Assembly (NCBI GenBank): GCA_963675595.2
Contig: CAXXLZ010000002.1
Location: 4,128,001-4,192,000 of the forward strand
Length of the DNA: 64,000 nt
Source of the DNA: Thermodesulfobacteriota bacterium
GTDB taxonomy: Bacteria; Desulfobacterota; Desulfarculia; JACQYL01
Direction of reading: 5' to 3'
Below, piece after piece: positions 39,757 through 50,606 of this stretch (positions are counted from its first letter, which is position 1; every line of letters begins with the position of its first letter). The notes beneath the pieces are model-generated. The model had not been told where the DNA came from and made no database searches. It saw only the letters and a list, made by a program, of their open reading frames with translations. Position numbers and translations under genes: made by a program.

Positions 39757-41079
39757 ATGGCGGCGCAAGGCCTTCCCAACGGAAGTGAGAGGCCTCCCAA
39801 GTCGTTCTGGCGAAACGTCTTCCGTCTGATGACGGGCGTCGGGCTGGCCCAGGTCCTGAATATAGGCGCCTATCCCATCCTCACAAGGCTGTATGGTCCG
39901 GAAGATTTCGGACTCCTCGCAGTGCTGACCTCATTCTGCATGCCGATTTCCGTTGCCGCGGCTTTCGGCTACGAGCCCGCGGTCGTACTTCCGGAGAAAA
40001 ATGAAGAGGCCGCCTCCCTGCTCTCTCTGAACTGTCTGCTCATCGCCCTGACCGTCACGGCATGTTTCCTGATTCTTTTTTCAGCACGGTTTACTCTGGA
40101 GACTTGGGTCAATGTTCCCGGATTCTCTGGAGCCGTGTGGTGGCTTTTTCCCGCCCCTCTATTGGTGGCTTTGAACCGGACCTTGGATTTCTGGTTGTCC
40201 CGACACGAGAGATTCGGGCGCATGGGCGCTTCCCGGGTCGTGGGAGCCGGAGCGGGAGCCGCGGTCAAGATCGGTTGGGGCGTCATCCTCCGTAGTGCGG
40301 CCGGGCTTCTCGCGGGCTTTCTTGCCTGCGAAATCTGGAAAATGATCCTACTGATGTCGGGAGCCGGTAGAGAGATGATCCGGCGGCCGTCTCTTCGATG
40401 TCTCGGTCGCCTGGCGCGCAGGTTCAGGGATTTCCCTCGGTTTCATCTCCCTTTTCTTCTGCTGCAGAACTTGACCTCATACTTGCCCATGCTTTTCTTT
40501 TCAGCCGCTTTCGGGGCGGCCATGGTCGGTTTTTTCAGCCTGGGCATGCGAATGATCTTGATTCCCGTCGAATTGGCCGTCCAATCCGTAACGCAGGTAT
40601 TTTATCCTCGGTCCGTAGACGAGAAAGGGGCGGCAGGTGGTTTGGCATCACTTGTGGAACGCACCACGGCTCAATTGCTGCTCGTGGGTTTCGTCCCTTT
40701 TGTTTTTCTGGGTGCTGCGGGTCCGTTTCTGTTTGGTCTGGCCTTTGGTGCCGCTTGGTCAAAGGCGGGGGTGTATGCCCAGTTGCTGGCACCGGCCTTG
40801 TTCATCCAGTTTGTGACCGGTCCCCAGATCCTGTTCAATACGCTGGGCAGGCAGAAACTCGGACTGATCTGGCAGGCTTGCTCTTTTTCGGCGGTGATGG
40901 GCGCCGTGGCCCTGGGAGCCCTCTTGGACAGTGAAACCTTGGCGGTGGCCCTTCTGAGCACCGCTTTGTTCGTCTCTTATTGGCAGCTTGGACGCATCAA
41001 TTTCAGACTTTGCGGAGCCCGGCCGCGAGGAGTCGTGAATGAAATGAGGGATATGCTTCGCCGTGTTGTAAGGCGGTGA
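39757..41079 (+). CDS. Wzx-type oligosaccharide flippase
   Basis: PILTRLYGPEDFG; many TM segments; PST-family pattern. Confidence 0.85.
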   Translation: MAAQGLPNGSERPPKSFWRNVFRLMTGVGLAQVLNIGAYPILTRLYGPEDFGLLAVLTSFCMPISVAAAFGYEPAVVLPEKNEEAASLLSLNCLLIALTVTACFLILFSARFTLETWVNVPGFSGAVWWLFPAPLLVALNRTLDFWLSRHERFGRMGASRVVGAGAGAAVKIGWGVILRSAAGLLAGFLACEIWKMILLMSGAGREMIRRPSLRCLGRLARRFRDFPRFHLPFLLLQNLTSYLPMLFFSAAFGAAMVGFFSLGMRMILIPVELAVQSVTQVFYPRSVDEKGAAGGLASLVERTTAQLLLVGFVPFVFLGAAGPFLFGLAFGAAWSKAGVYAQLLAPALFIQFVTGPQILFNTLGRQKLGLIWQACSFSAVMGAVALGALLDSETLAVALLSTALFVSYWQLGRINFRLCGARPRGVVNEMRDMLRRVVRR

Positions 41080-41168
41080 GTGCTCATCCTTGATCCCGTT
41101 TCAATCCGGCAAGGAAAGAGCGGTCAGGGTCGGAGAACCTTCCCCATCGTCTTTCGCCGCTTTCTAAA

Positions 41169-42401
41169 TTAGATCGAGGGCCGTGAAAACAAGGACCTGT
41201 CGGAGGAGGATTTGACCAAAGAGTCATAGATGTCGGTTATGCGGGCATAGCTTTGTTGCTCGCCGAATCCCAGCACCGAATCCCGGGCACGGCCCCCCAT
41301 GGCTCGAGCGGACTCGGAATCGCGCATCAAGTATCCAATCCAACGGGAAAGGTCCTCCACGCTCCCTTTCTCCGGGAGCAGTCCATTGTCTCCGTGAGTC
41401 ACAATGGCGGGAATACCTCCCACGGGAAAGGTGACGGAGGGCAGTCCCGACGACATGGCTTCCAGCAGGGAGTACGGAGTTCCTTCGTTGAGGCTCGGCA
41501 GCACAAAAGCGTCTGCGGCCCGGTAGAACTCGGGCATGTCATTGGGGGCCACGCTTCCCAGGAGGCTCACCCGTCCTTGACCATGCTCTCTTGACCAAAG
41601 TTCCATTTCTTCCCGCAGTGGCCCGTCCCCTGCAACAAGAAGGCGGCAACGGGGATTGTCTCGGATGACCGGTTCCATAGCCTTTTGGAGCAGAGGGATG
41701 CCTTTAATGGGGATCAATCCTCCAACGAACAGAAGAATCCGAGCGTCCTGGGGGAGGTCCAGAGCCTTCCTGGCCTCCGCCTGATTTCCCGGATGGAACT
41801 TGTCGGTGTCAACGGCGCTTTGAATGATATGGATATCCGTTGTGTGCGGTTCCAATAGGCGCATTCTGCAAGCCAAGTCGTCGCTGACTCCTATCAGTGC
41901 GTCCGCTTCACGCAGTATCAGTCGGGTCAATCCCGAGAACAGGGGATTCTTTACGGCATAAGTGTGAATGTCGCTTCCCCATGCGTGGACGATCAATTTG
42001 ACCTTTAGGATACGGCGTAGTGCCAGACCGATAAGGCCGATGGGGATGACCCAATGGACGTGCACAAGGTGAACGGGAGTCTTCCTCGCCGCCCGCAAGG
42101 CAGTGCACAGGCCCGAAGCCAGATACACGACAAGACCCGCAAGAGGGGTCTTGGGCGTTTGGATAAGCTGACGGTTTCCGGACGGATAGGGGAAACGGCG
42201 GATCGGAATCCCGAAAGGATCGGTTTCGAACAAAGGAGAGGTCTGAAATACCCTGGGGGTGACCACGGCGATACGGTACCCTCGGTTTTGGATCCCCGCC
42301 GCCATGCGCTGAATGAAGTGCCCTCTAAAAGAACCCGGGTGGTCGGGATAACCGTTGGTTAGAAACAAGACGCCGAGTTGTTTTTCCTGCGAAGTGTTCA
42401 T
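41169..42401 (-). CDS. Glycosyltransferase family 4
   Basis: HVHW, LFVGGLIPIKG, FVLPSLNEGTPYSLLEAMSSG. Confidence 0.92.
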   Translation of the reverse strand: MNTSQEKQLGVLFLTNGYPDHPGSFRGHFIQRMAAGIQNRGYRIAVVTPRVFQTSPLFETDPFGIPIRRFPYPSGNRQLIQTPKTPLAGLVVYLASGLCTALRAARKTPVHLVHVHWVIPIGLIGLALRRILKVKLIVHAWGSDIHTYAVKNPLFSGLTRLILREADALIGVSDDLACRMRLLEPHTTDIHIIQSAVDTDKFHPGNQAEARKALDLPQDARILLFVGGLIPIKGIPLLQKAMEPVIRDNPRCRLLVAGDGPLREEMELWSREHGQGRVSLLGSVAPNDMPEFYRAADAFVLPSLNEGTPYSLLEAMSSGLPSVTFPVGGIPAIVTHGDNGLLPEKGSVEDLSRWIGYLMRDSESARAMGGRARDSVLGFGEQQSYARITDIYDSLVKSSSDRSLFSRPSI

Positions 42402-42633
42402 AAGTCGTTTCCTGCCGGTGGATTCCGGCGTACTGAAAATATTGGACGTGTCACGAGGCAATTTGCTACAAGGAAAATTTTCGTATGCAATGCGGAGCTT
42501 CAGGAGGCCGGAAACACCGCACTCGACCGGCGGGGGATTCCCCGAACAGGGGAGACATTGCCGTAAATCCATCCGATAGGTCGAAAACACTATTCGTCTT
42601 GCCCGGCAAGCGGGCATTCTCAGGAGGTCTTCT

Positions 42634-43560
42634 ATGAAATCCCTGGTAACCGGGGGCGCGGGGTTCATCGGCAGTCATCTGGTCCGAAAACTGTTGGATC
42701 TGGGTCATGAGATTACCGTAGTGGACAATTTCAGGAGCGGAAACAAACTCGACAAGGATGTTCTTGAGTCCATCGAACTGATCCATGGCGATGTGCGGGA
42801 CGAAGCCACCGTTCTCAAAGCCTCCCAAGGAGTCGATTTGATATTTCACTTGGCTGCGGTCCTCGGCGTGGACATTGTGGCGGACAATCCGGTAGATGCC
42901 ATGGAAACCGAGGTGATGGGGATGAGAAACACGGCCAAAGCCGCTCTCCTATGCAAAGCCGAAAAGATTATTTACGCATCGACAAGCGGAGTTTACGGCA
43001 AGGCCGCCATCGAGAGAGCCGTTGAAGAGGACTTTCACGCGTCACCCAACACTAGCTACGCCATTGCCAAGAGATTCAACGAAATCTACCTCAAAGGGCT
43101 CTATCAGGAAAAGAATATCGAGTCCGTTTCTCTTCGGTATTTCAACGTGTATGGCCCGAAACAGGACGTTCGGATGGTGGTCCCTCGTTTCTTCCGGCAA
43201 GCTCTTTCGAACTCTCCCATTACGGTTTTCGGAACCGGCCTGCAGACCCGCGATTTCACCTATGTCGACGACGCTGTGGAAGCCACGGTTCGAGCCGCTC
43301 AGCAGATAGGTGGATGCGAGATCGTGAACATCTGCAATTCCGAGGAACATACGGTGCAAGATCTTGCGGAAGCGGTGGTTCGGCTCAGCGGTTCGAAGTC
43401 GGAAATCGTTCTGATCAATCCTCCCCAGGGGCGTTACGATTTCGAGGTGGAAAGAAGACTGGGAAGCGCGGACAAACTCCGCGAGCTTGTCGGATTCACT
43501 CCCCACACACCTTTCGAGGAAGGGCTCAAGACGACATTGGAGTACATCCTGGCTCATTAA
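42634..43560 (+). CDS. NAD-dependent sugar epimerase/dehydratase
   Basis: TGGAGFIGSH, YAIAK (YxxxK), LRYFNVYGP. Confidence 0.92.
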   Translation: MKSLVTGGAGFIGSHLVRKLLDLGHEITVVDNFRSGNKLDKDVLESIELIHGDVRDEATVLKASQGVDLIFHLAAVLGVDIVADNPVDAMETEVMGMRNTAKAALLCKAEKIIYASTSGVYGKAAIERAVEEDFHASPNTSYAIAKRFNEIYLKGLYQEKNIESVSLRYFNVYGPKQDVRMVVPRFFRQALSNSPITVFGTGLQTRDFTYVDDAVEATVRAAQQIGGCEIVNICNSEEHTVQDLAEAVVRLSGSKSEIVLINPPQGRYDFEVERRLGSADKLRELVGFTPHTPFEEGLKTTLEYILAH

Positions 43561-43561
43561 A

Positions 43562-44629
43562 TCAAGGCAGGTCGTTTCGCCCCGTAATGTCGGCGTCCAG
43601 TCTTTCCAGTCGGTCGAGAATTTCACGGCGGATCTCAAGGTTTTCCTTCTGAACCTTGTAAAGTTCTCTTCGGATCAAGGATATCTTGATGGCCAGGAAT
43701 CCGAAGGACACCATGAACAGGCCGGAAATGACCAAGAGGGCGGTGAGATTCATCAGAGGTCTTACCGGATTCAGTTCTCCCTGGAAATAAAGTGCAAGAA
43801 GGTAGCTTCCGAGGCAGAGCCCGAAAAGAAATAGACAGACCCCCAGCAAGCCGAAAAACAGCATGGGTTTCTCCATAAAGGAGAAGAGTATGTGGGTGAG
43901 GGAGGTCCGAGCGAGTCTGTGCTTGGATTTTCCTTGCTTCCTGCAACGGAGGACGGCCGGGATTTCCTGAATTCGTCTGCCCACGGACAATGCTTTGGAC
44001 ACGATCTCGAGGTGTATTTCTTTGCCTTCGGATTCCAGTTCCATGGAAGTCAATACGTCGCGGCGATAGGCCCTGAACACGCAAGTCACCGTGTGCAGTT
44101 TTTTCGGAAGGGTTCCTCGGAGGAATCGATTTCCCCATCGGCTGACCAAATGCCTGGTAAGAGGGACCCCTTCGACTCTCCCTCCGGGCATGTAGGCCGA
44201 CGCCAACACGATATCCACTTCGGGGTCTTCCTCCAGAATTCGGATCATCTCGATCATCAAAGCGGGATCATAGCTCAAATCCGCATCGGTGGAGATCACG
44301 ATCCGCCCTCGGGAGGCCGCGAAGCCGCGCCTGAGTGCAGCGCCCCGTCCACGGTTCGGCGTGTAGGAAACCACTTTGACAAAGGGATGATGCAGGGCAA
44401 GCTCACCCAGCACTTCCGGTGTGCGATCGATGCTGCCGTCGTTGACCAACACGAGTTCCCAATCCACGCCCAACGGCGCGATCACGGAATGAATTGCTTC
44501 GACCACGTGAGGCGCGTTCTCTTCCTCGTTATACATGGGAACGACGATGGACAAGTGTGGGGAGGAACCCGAGAGCGTACGAATGTTGTTGCCTCGGCCG
44601 GCTTTGGGGGTCGACGGTTGCATCGTCAC
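43562..44629 (-). CDS. GT2 polyprenol-phosphate glycosyltransferase (DPM1/ArnC-like)
   Basis: IVVPMYNEE, VNDGSID, TDADL; two C-terminal TM segments. Confidence 0.9.
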   Translation of the reverse strand: MTMQPSTPKAGRGNNIRTLSGSSPHLSIVVPMYNEEENAPHVVEAIHSVIAPLGVDWELVLVNDGSIDRTPEVLGELALHHPFVKVVSYTPNRGRGAALRRGFAASRGRIVISTDADLSYDPALMIEMIRILEEDPEVDIVLASAYMPGGRVEGVPLTRHLVSRWGNRFLRGTLPKKLHTVTCVFRAYRRDVLTSMELESEGKEIHLEIVSKALSVGRRIQEIPAVLRCRKQGKSKHRLARTSLTHILFSFMEKPMLFFGLLGVCLFLFGLCLGSYLLALYFQGELNPVRPLMNLTALLVISGLFMVSFGFLAIKISLIRRELYKVQKENLEIRREILDRLERLDADITGRNDLP

Positions 44630-44912
44630 CTGTGTTCGCCTAAAGGTTCATTGGATTCCGCCGGTTATATTCCCATCGGAGCTGAGTGTCAACCAAGCGT
44701 GGATGAGCAGGCCACTTCAAGGGCATCCCGGATTGACAGAGGATGGGGCTTTCTGAGACTATCGCCCAGCCCTATCCATCGCAAGAGAACTTTGGAGCAC
44801 TTTCAACCCGACAGAGGCTTGAGCAGACCCATGAGAATTGCGCTTTGTGTCTTTACAGATAGACATTCGTTGCTGAATGGGGCGATGTTGATCGGGCCCC
44901 CGGGAATTCACG

Positions 44913-45554
44913 ATGGACTACCCTAACGCTCGAAAGCAGATGGTTCGGAGCCAGCTGATTGCTCGCGGCATTAAAGATGAACGGGTCATCCAGGCCATGA
45001 GCATCGTCCCTCGCCATCTGTTCGTCGAAGATGCCTTGAGGTCACGAGCCTATTCCGACCGCTCCCTGCCCATCGGTGAGAAACAAACCATCTCCCAGCC
45101 GTACATCGTCGCTCGTATGACCGAGGCTCTGGATGTCGAACCGGGAGACCGTATCCTGGAAGTGGGTACCGGTTCCGGTTATCAGGCCGCGGTACTGTCC
45201 CTCATCGCCGATCACGTCTATTCTCTGGAGCGGCTTCCCCGTCTCCTCATCAGGGCCCGAACGCTGCTGGACTCTCTGGGATATCGGAACGTGTCCCTTC
45301 TGCAATCAGACGGTTCGAAGGGCTGGAGAGAGCATGCACCGTTCAATGCCGTGCTTGTCACGGCCGGAAGCCCGTCCATTCCGGAACCTCTACTGGAACA
45401 ACTGGACGACGGCGGCAGATTGGTGCTGCCCATCGGGGACGACTCGTGCCAAGAGCTTGTGAGAGTGGTACGAGAGGGGAACGAGTTTTTCAAGACGGTT
45501 TTGGGGGGGTGCCGTTTTGTGAAGCTGGTCGGGAATCATGGATGGAGCGAATGA
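44913..45554 (+). CDS. pcm: Protein-L-isoaspartate O-methyltransferase
   Basis: VPRHLFV, QTISQP, LEVGTGSGYQAA. Confidence 0.95.
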   Translation: MDYPNARKQMVRSQLIARGIKDERVIQAMSIVPRHLFVEDALRSRAYSDRSLPIGEKQTISQPYIVARMTEALDVEPGDRILEVGTGSGYQAAVLSLIADHVYSLERLPRLLIRARTLLDSLGYRNVSLLQSDGSKGWREHAPFNAVLVTAGSPSIPEPLLEQLDDGGRLVLPIGDDSCQELVRVVREGNEFFKTVLGGCRFVKLVGNHGWSE

Positions 45555-46012
45555 CGGCGGTCAAAATTGGAATCATCGGTGCGGGGGATTGTTCTTCGAA
45601 AGGCTACGAGGGAGCCGTGGAGATCGGAAGGCGGGTGGCCGAGAGAGGTGCGATTCTCGTCTGTGGAGGCTTGGGCGGCGTTATGGAGGCCGGGGCCAAA
45701 GGAGCCGCGGAAGCGGGCGGGGTCACCGTGGGTATTCTTCCGGGTATTTCCGCGGAGGAGGCGAACACATTCATACGCATACCGTTGCCTACCGGCATGG
45801 GGCCGGCCAGGAATGTGTTGATCGTCAGGGCCTCGGATGTACTCATCGCGGTGGAAGGTGGGTACGGGACCCTATCGGAAATCGCGTTGGCGCTCAAAAT
45901 GGACAAGCCGGTAATCGGTTGGAATACTTGGGAAGGACTGCCCGGAGTTCAATACGAATCCTCGCCGATGGAGGCGGCTGAAGCGGCTTTTCGGCTTCTC
46001 GGGAAACGATGA
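45551..46012 (+). CDS. TIGR00725 / LOG-like family protein
   Basis: CGGLGGVMEA, GILPG, ARNVLIV, GGYGTLSEI. Confidence 0.9.
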   Translation: MTAVKIGIIGAGDCSSKGYEGAVEIGRRVAERGAILVCGGLGGVMEAGAKGAAEAGGVTVGILPGISAEEANTFIRIPLPTGMGPARNVLIVRASDVLIAVEGGYGTLSEIALALKMDKPVIGWNTWEGLPGVQYESSPMEAAEAAFRLLGKR

Positions 46013-46021
46013 TGCCCGCTC

Positions 46022-46684
46022 CTAAGGCATTGTCGTCTTCACGGGTCTGAGGGTCAGGACGCCTTCTTCATCGGGCTCGACGATCATCCCGTGCATGCGG
46101 ATGGTCCGGATAAAAGGTCGTCCGAAGAGGAAGTCCACCGCCTCGCGTGGAATGGAGGCACGGTCTACGACAAAAGGTCGGAAGGCGAATTCGTACCGCA
46201 AAAGGTCCATGAGTGGGTTTGCGTGCGTTCCCCCGGAATTGCGATATTCCGCCACCGCCTCCGCGAGTTTTACATAACTGAAACGTTCTTCATGGTTCCC
46301 CACGAGTTTCAAAAGCGACGGCTTGGACCTCAATACGTCCTCGCGGCTTAGCCGGACCGAATTGTGGCGCCGTTCCAGGTCCGAAGTATCCCAACACTTC
46401 AACTCCCTGCACTGAACCGGCCGGTGCTCATAAATGCCGCATCGATTTTGCGATTCGTCGAAGAACCGACAAGCCCCACCCTTTCGCTCCCCGACTTTGA
46501 TCATTTCTTCAGTGATGGGTCGAAGAACGCCTCGAACATTGTCGTTTACCAGTTCTCCTACTCGGAGAGTGAAAAGGTCCTGGAAACGGAGGACGCCCTT
46601 TTCGATGAGAAAGGCGTCTTCGGGATGAAGGGTGGGGGATGATGAGCGGCAACATGTGCCGCATCGAATACAGTGGGTTCTCAC
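46022..46684 (-). CDS. YkgJ/FliB-like cysteine cluster protein
   Basis: CIRCGTCC...CRFF...CGIYEHRPVQCR. Confidence 0.85.
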   Translation of the reverse strand: MRTHCIRCGTCCRSSSPTLHPEDAFLIEKGVLRFQDLFTLRVGELVNDNVRGVLRPITEEMIKVGERKGGACRFFDESQNRCGIYEHRPVQCRELKCWDTSDLERRHNSVRLSREDVLRSKPSLLKLVGNHEERFSYVKLAEAVAEYRNSGGTHANPLMDLLRYEFAFRPFVVDRASIPREAVDFLFGRPFIRTIRMHGMIVEPDEEGVLTLRPVKTTMP

Positions 46685-46844
46685 AGCGTCAGTCGGCTGA
46701 AACGGGCGTCACGTCCGTTTGACCTGAAGGGTGGAAGTGGAGGAGGACCGACCCCCGTCCCGCAGTCTTGCGCAAAGAGCAACGGAACGCGGGGGACCGC
46801 CACCCGGCCCGGAGGGCGATCCGGATGAAACCCGGCTCCCGTGA

Positions 46845-47483
46845 TCAGGAGGGCGTTCCGGTCGCCTTGTCCAAGTCGTGAATTTCCTTTAGTTTCTGTT
46901 CGAGCTTTTTTACCAACGCTGCATATGATTCCCTGGCAATCGTCTGATTGAACTGACTCCGGTAGGTGTTGACCAAGCTGACATCTTCGATCACCACATC
47001 ATACACCCACCATTCTCCATCCTTCTCGAACATCCTGTAGACGATGGGAATGTCCACGTTGGTCGTTTTGATGGTGGTATGGATCCAGAAGTATCGACCC
47101 TTCTCCTCGGCTTCGGTGTAAAGCACCTTCTCGTTGGTGTAACCTTCGATCTTGCCGGCATAGGACGCTGTAAGCAATTCGGTGAACAATGTAACGAAGT
47201 CTTTTTGCTCTTTATCGGAGAGTTCTCTCCAATGCCTGCCCATGGCCCGCTTGGCCATTTCCCCGAAATCAAATCGTTCGTTGATGACGTCCATGATCTC
47301 CCGACGTTTTTCCGCACGCTTGTCCGGCTTTGACAGCTCGGGATCCTTGAGGACTTGGATGACCTTGTCGATGGCGGTCTTGAGCTGGTCTTGAGCGGCC
47401 TTGCCGGGGGAGGCGAAAGCCGAGCCCCAACACATCAGGGCCAAAATTGTAAGAATCGCGAACGGTTTGACAAACATCTTCAT
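46845..47483 (-). CDS. mlaC: MlaC/Ttg2D periplasmic lipid-binding protein
   Basis: FDFGEMAKRAMGRHW, WWVYDVVIEDVSLVNTYRSQF. Confidence 0.9.
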   Translation of the reverse strand: MKMFVKPFAILTILALMCWGSAFASPGKAAQDQLKTAIDKVIQVLKDPELSKPDKRAEKRREIMDVINERFDFGEMAKRAMGRHWRELSDKEQKDFVTLFTELLTASYAGKIEGYTNEKVLYTEAEEKGRYFWIHTTIKTTNVDIPIVYRMFEKDGEWWVYDVVIEDVSLVNTYRSQFNQTIARESYAALVKKLEQKLKEIHDLDKATGTPS

Positions 47484-47892
47484 TCTTTTCCTCCTTGGGC
47501 TAAGAAGCGGCTCCGGATTTTCGGATACTCATGGAGGCAACCACTACCCGAAAATTACATGGATGGCAAGAGGGTATCACCGAAGAGATAAAAGGGGCGC
47601 GAACGGATGAGACGGAGTTGGACGCGGAGTAATCGACGTACTCCCGTCGACCGGATATTTGCCGGCGGCTCCTATCCGGAAGAGCGGTCGTGGCTCGGGA
47701 ATGCACGCCTGCGATTTGTGTCGGCCGCCTGGAAGAAGGAAGAAAAGGTGTTTTCTCGATTCCCTCTTTGCGAACGGGCCGTGAGGTTCTCGGTTGAGCG
47801 ACCACCGGCTGTCGTTTCACCCGTTGACGCTTGCCGGGGAAGAAGGAGAGTGCTTTGGCGTCTCCCTATCCCCCCGGTTCAGACTTGTGAAA

Positions 47893-49266
47893 CTAGTACT
47901 GATCGGCGACGGCTCGGACGCTTAACCCCGATGCTTGCTCCAGGTTTGCGTAGGCCATGTTGAAGTTGTAGATGGACTGAAGATAACTCATACGAGTCGT
48001 GCCGTAGGCTTCCAGAGAGTCGGCCAGATCCCTGGAGGTGCCCAGCCCCAGATCGTAGTTGGAAGAGGCGGCGACCAACCACTTGCGGGCTGCTTTTTGC
48101 GACCTGTACAGGGCTTCGATATTGTTCTTCGCTTCCATGAGCTCCCTGTAACTTTTTTCCACCTGAAGCGGAATGAAGGTCTCGGCGAAGTCTCCCGTTT
48201 GGTTGAGCTTCCGGACTTCGGCCCTGGATCGGCTCACCTGGGCGGACGTGATGCCGAAATCGAGAGACCAGCGAATTCCCAGGGCGGCGCCCCCCCCGGT
48301 GTGATTGAACCGGTCGTAAATCCATGGGTTGTCCACTTTGTCCCTATCGCCGGCCCACGCATAAGAGAAAAAAGCGCCCAGGAAAATGTCCGGATAGTAT
48401 TCGGCCACGGCGGCTTGAACCAAAGCCTCTTTGGCGGCCAGTCCTTCTTTGAGTTGAGTGAACTCGGGTCTGAGTTTGGAGCTCTCGCCCACGTAATATC
48501 CCAACTCCTCGATTTTTATATCGGCGGGGGTGAGGTGATCCTCCGCGATGCGAACTTCTTTACCGGATTTGAAGCCCATGGACTTTCTCAAGGCTTCCTT
48601 CGCAAGAATTCGTGACTTGATCGCTTTCTGCCGAAAGGTTTCGATAATTCCGGAAAAAGCCTGCAATTTGTGCAGATCCATCGGCGTGGCGAACTCGGAT
48701 TCCACCTCCAACAGTTTTTCGGTGCGGTCTATGGCGGAGTTCAGGTATCCGTCGATTTCGTCGACCAGCAGCATACCGTCCTCCGCGAACAGAAGGCCGT
48801 AGTAGTATTCTTTGATCTGAAGGGCTACGTCCGTGGCTTTCTGACGGACTCGGGACTTATCGACTTCGATGCCGTGGGTTGCGGCCTTCTTCTTTTCATC
48901 GATTTTGCCGAATGTATAAAGGGGCTGGACCAAAGTGATGTCGATGCTTCCAAAGGGGCCCAGTCCCTCGATTCTGTCGCTGTGGTAATCGGATTCAATC
49001 TGGTTGCCTTTGGCGTCCGATACGGGTGCGGCAAGACCCAGGGTTTCTATTTGAGGCCACTGGTAGCCCTTGGCTTCGTCGAGCAGGGTCTTGGAAATTT
49101 CGACATCTTGCTGAACTTCCTTGATTTCGGGGCTGAATTCCAAAGCCTTCCGAATGCACTCATCCAGGGTGTAAGTTTCTTCCGCATCCGCGGCGAACGG
49201 CAGAAGCAGAGCGCTCGCGATCAGAACGATGGATAATCGGCACAAAAGTTCTTTGAGGCGAGTCAT
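47893..49266 (-). CDS. TolC-family outer-membrane channel
   Basis: YTLDECIRKAL, LVQPLYTFGK, AEYYPDI, YNFNMAYANLEQASG. Confidence 0.88.
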   Translation of the reverse strand: MTRLKELLCRLSIVLIASALLLPFAADAEETYTLDECIRKALEFSPEIKEVQQDVEISKTLLDEAKGYQWPQIETLGLAAPVSDAKGNQIESDYHSDRIEGLGPFGSIDITLVQPLYTFGKIDEKKKAATHGIEVDKSRVRQKATDVALQIKEYYYGLLFAEDGMLLVDEIDGYLNSAIDRTEKLLEVESEFATPMDLHKLQAFSGIIETFRQKAIKSRILAKEALRKSMGFKSGKEVRIAEDHLTPADIKIEELGYYVGESSKLRPEFTQLKEGLAAKEALVQAAVAEYYPDIFLGAFFSYAWAGDRDKVDNPWIYDRFNHTGGGAALGIRWSLDFGITSAQVSRSRAEVRKLNQTGDFAETFIPLQVEKSYRELMEAKNNIEALYRSQKAARKWLVAASSNYDLGLGTSRDLADSLEAYGTTRMSYLQSIYNFNMAYANLEQASGLSVRAVADQY

Positions 49267-49288
49267 GGCAGTTCTCCCTTACCTCGAT

Positions 49289-49735
49289 TTATTCCTTTTC
49301 GAAAATGTACTTGCTGATCAAATCTTCCAGGCTGATGGCACCTTCGGTGTCGAGGATCTCACCCTCGGCCGGGATGATTTCGTCGGATGCTCCCGGTGAA
49401 ATTTTGATGTACTTGTCGCCTATGATGCCCTGAGTGCGGATGGACGCGATGGAATCGTCCTGAAGCTTGACGCCGGAATCGATCTGCATCTCGACTTCAG
49501 CCTGGTAGTTATCGAGCCGAATCTCTTTCACCTTGCCGATGACCACTCCGGCAATTTCAATGCGCGCGCCGGTCTTCAGGCCGGAAACCGAAGAGAAGCG
49601 AGCCTTCACTGGGTAACTGCCTGATCCGAGTATCTGGATATCGCCCAACCGGACGGCGAGGTACGCGAAACAGAGAAAACCCGCCACGAGAAACATGCCC
49701 ACGGCGCTTTCGATGTTGAGCTTCTTCATGTTCAT
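49289..49735 (-). CDS. mlaD: MlaD (MCE) protein
   Basis: VGMF TM segment, ARFSSVSGLKTGA, IRTQGIIGDKYI, LEDLISKY. Confidence 0.92.
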   Translation of the reverse strand: MNMKKLNIESAVGMFLVAGFLCFAYLAVRLGDIQILGSGSYPVKARFSSVSGLKTGARIEIAGVVIGKVKEIRLDNYQAEVEMQIDSGVKLQDDSIASIRTQGIIGDKYIKISPGASDEIIPAEGEILDTEGAISLEDLISKYIFEKE

Positions 49736-49817
49736 GTCGTCTTCCTGAACCCTTTCGGATCGGCCGAATCCAAGGGGAAGTATTCCCAAGCGGCGACCGG
49801 TGGGAGGCCTGAGTCTC

Positions 49818-50606
49818 CTACAAGAGCACCGCGGTGAGCAAGTAGTCCCATAGTAACACGAAAATGGACGAGTGGACTACGGCAAGAGTGGTGGCCCGGC
49901 TCACTCCTTCCGCTCCGAACCCGCCGTTTCGGTCCAGATGAACGTAAAACCCCTTGGCTGTGCACACCCAAGTGATGATCAGACCGAAAAACAGGGACTT
50001 TACGATCCCCATGTAAATATCTTCCCAAGAGACTCCGGTCTGCATGCTGTACCAGTATCCACCCTCGTCTACTCCCAGGAGTTTGACGCCGATGAGAAAC
50101 CCCCCCACGATGCCCACGATGTCGAAGATGAAATTCAGGAAAGGCATGGCGAGGATGCCCGCGAACAGCTTGGGCGAAAGAAGGTATCGAAAGGGGTTTA
50201 TGGCCATGCATTCCAATGCGTCGATCTGTTCCGAGATTCGCATGATCCCGATTTCCGCGCACATGGCGGACCCTGCCCTTGCCGTTACCATCAAAGCGGT
50301 CAAAACGGGGCCCAATTCACGGATGAGGCTCAGCGCCACCGCCGAACCCAGGATGCCTTCGGAACCGAACTTGCTCAGGGTGTAGAATCCCTGGAGTCCC
50401 AGAACCATACCGGTGAAAAGAGCCGTGAAGAAGATGACGAATATGGACTGGGACCCAATGACATACATCTGTTTGATGTAGGGCTGTAATTTGAAGGGAG
50501 GAGAAAAGAATCCCAGAGCGGTGTAGAGGAGGAATATCCCCAGACGTCCGATAACGTTGATCTCCCGGATGCACCAACCACCCAGTTTTTCGAACAGGGT
50601 CATCAT
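49818..50606 (-). CDS. mlaE: MlaE ABC permease
   Basis: RELGPVLTALMVTARAGSAMCAEIGIMRISEQIDAL. Confidence 0.95.
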   Translation of the reverse strand: MMTLFEKLGGWCIREINVIGRLGIFLLYTALGFFSPPFKLQPYIKQMYVIGSQSIFVIFFTALFTGMVLGLQGFYTLSKFGSEGILGSAVALSLIRELGPVLTALMVTARAGSAMCAEIGIMRISEQIDALECMAINPFRYLLSPKLFAGILAMPFLNFIFDIVGIVGGFLIGVKLLGVDEGGYWYSMQTGVSWEDIYMGIVKSLFFGLIITWVCTAKGFYVHLDRNGGFGAEGVSRATTLAVVHSSIFVLLWDYLLTAVLL

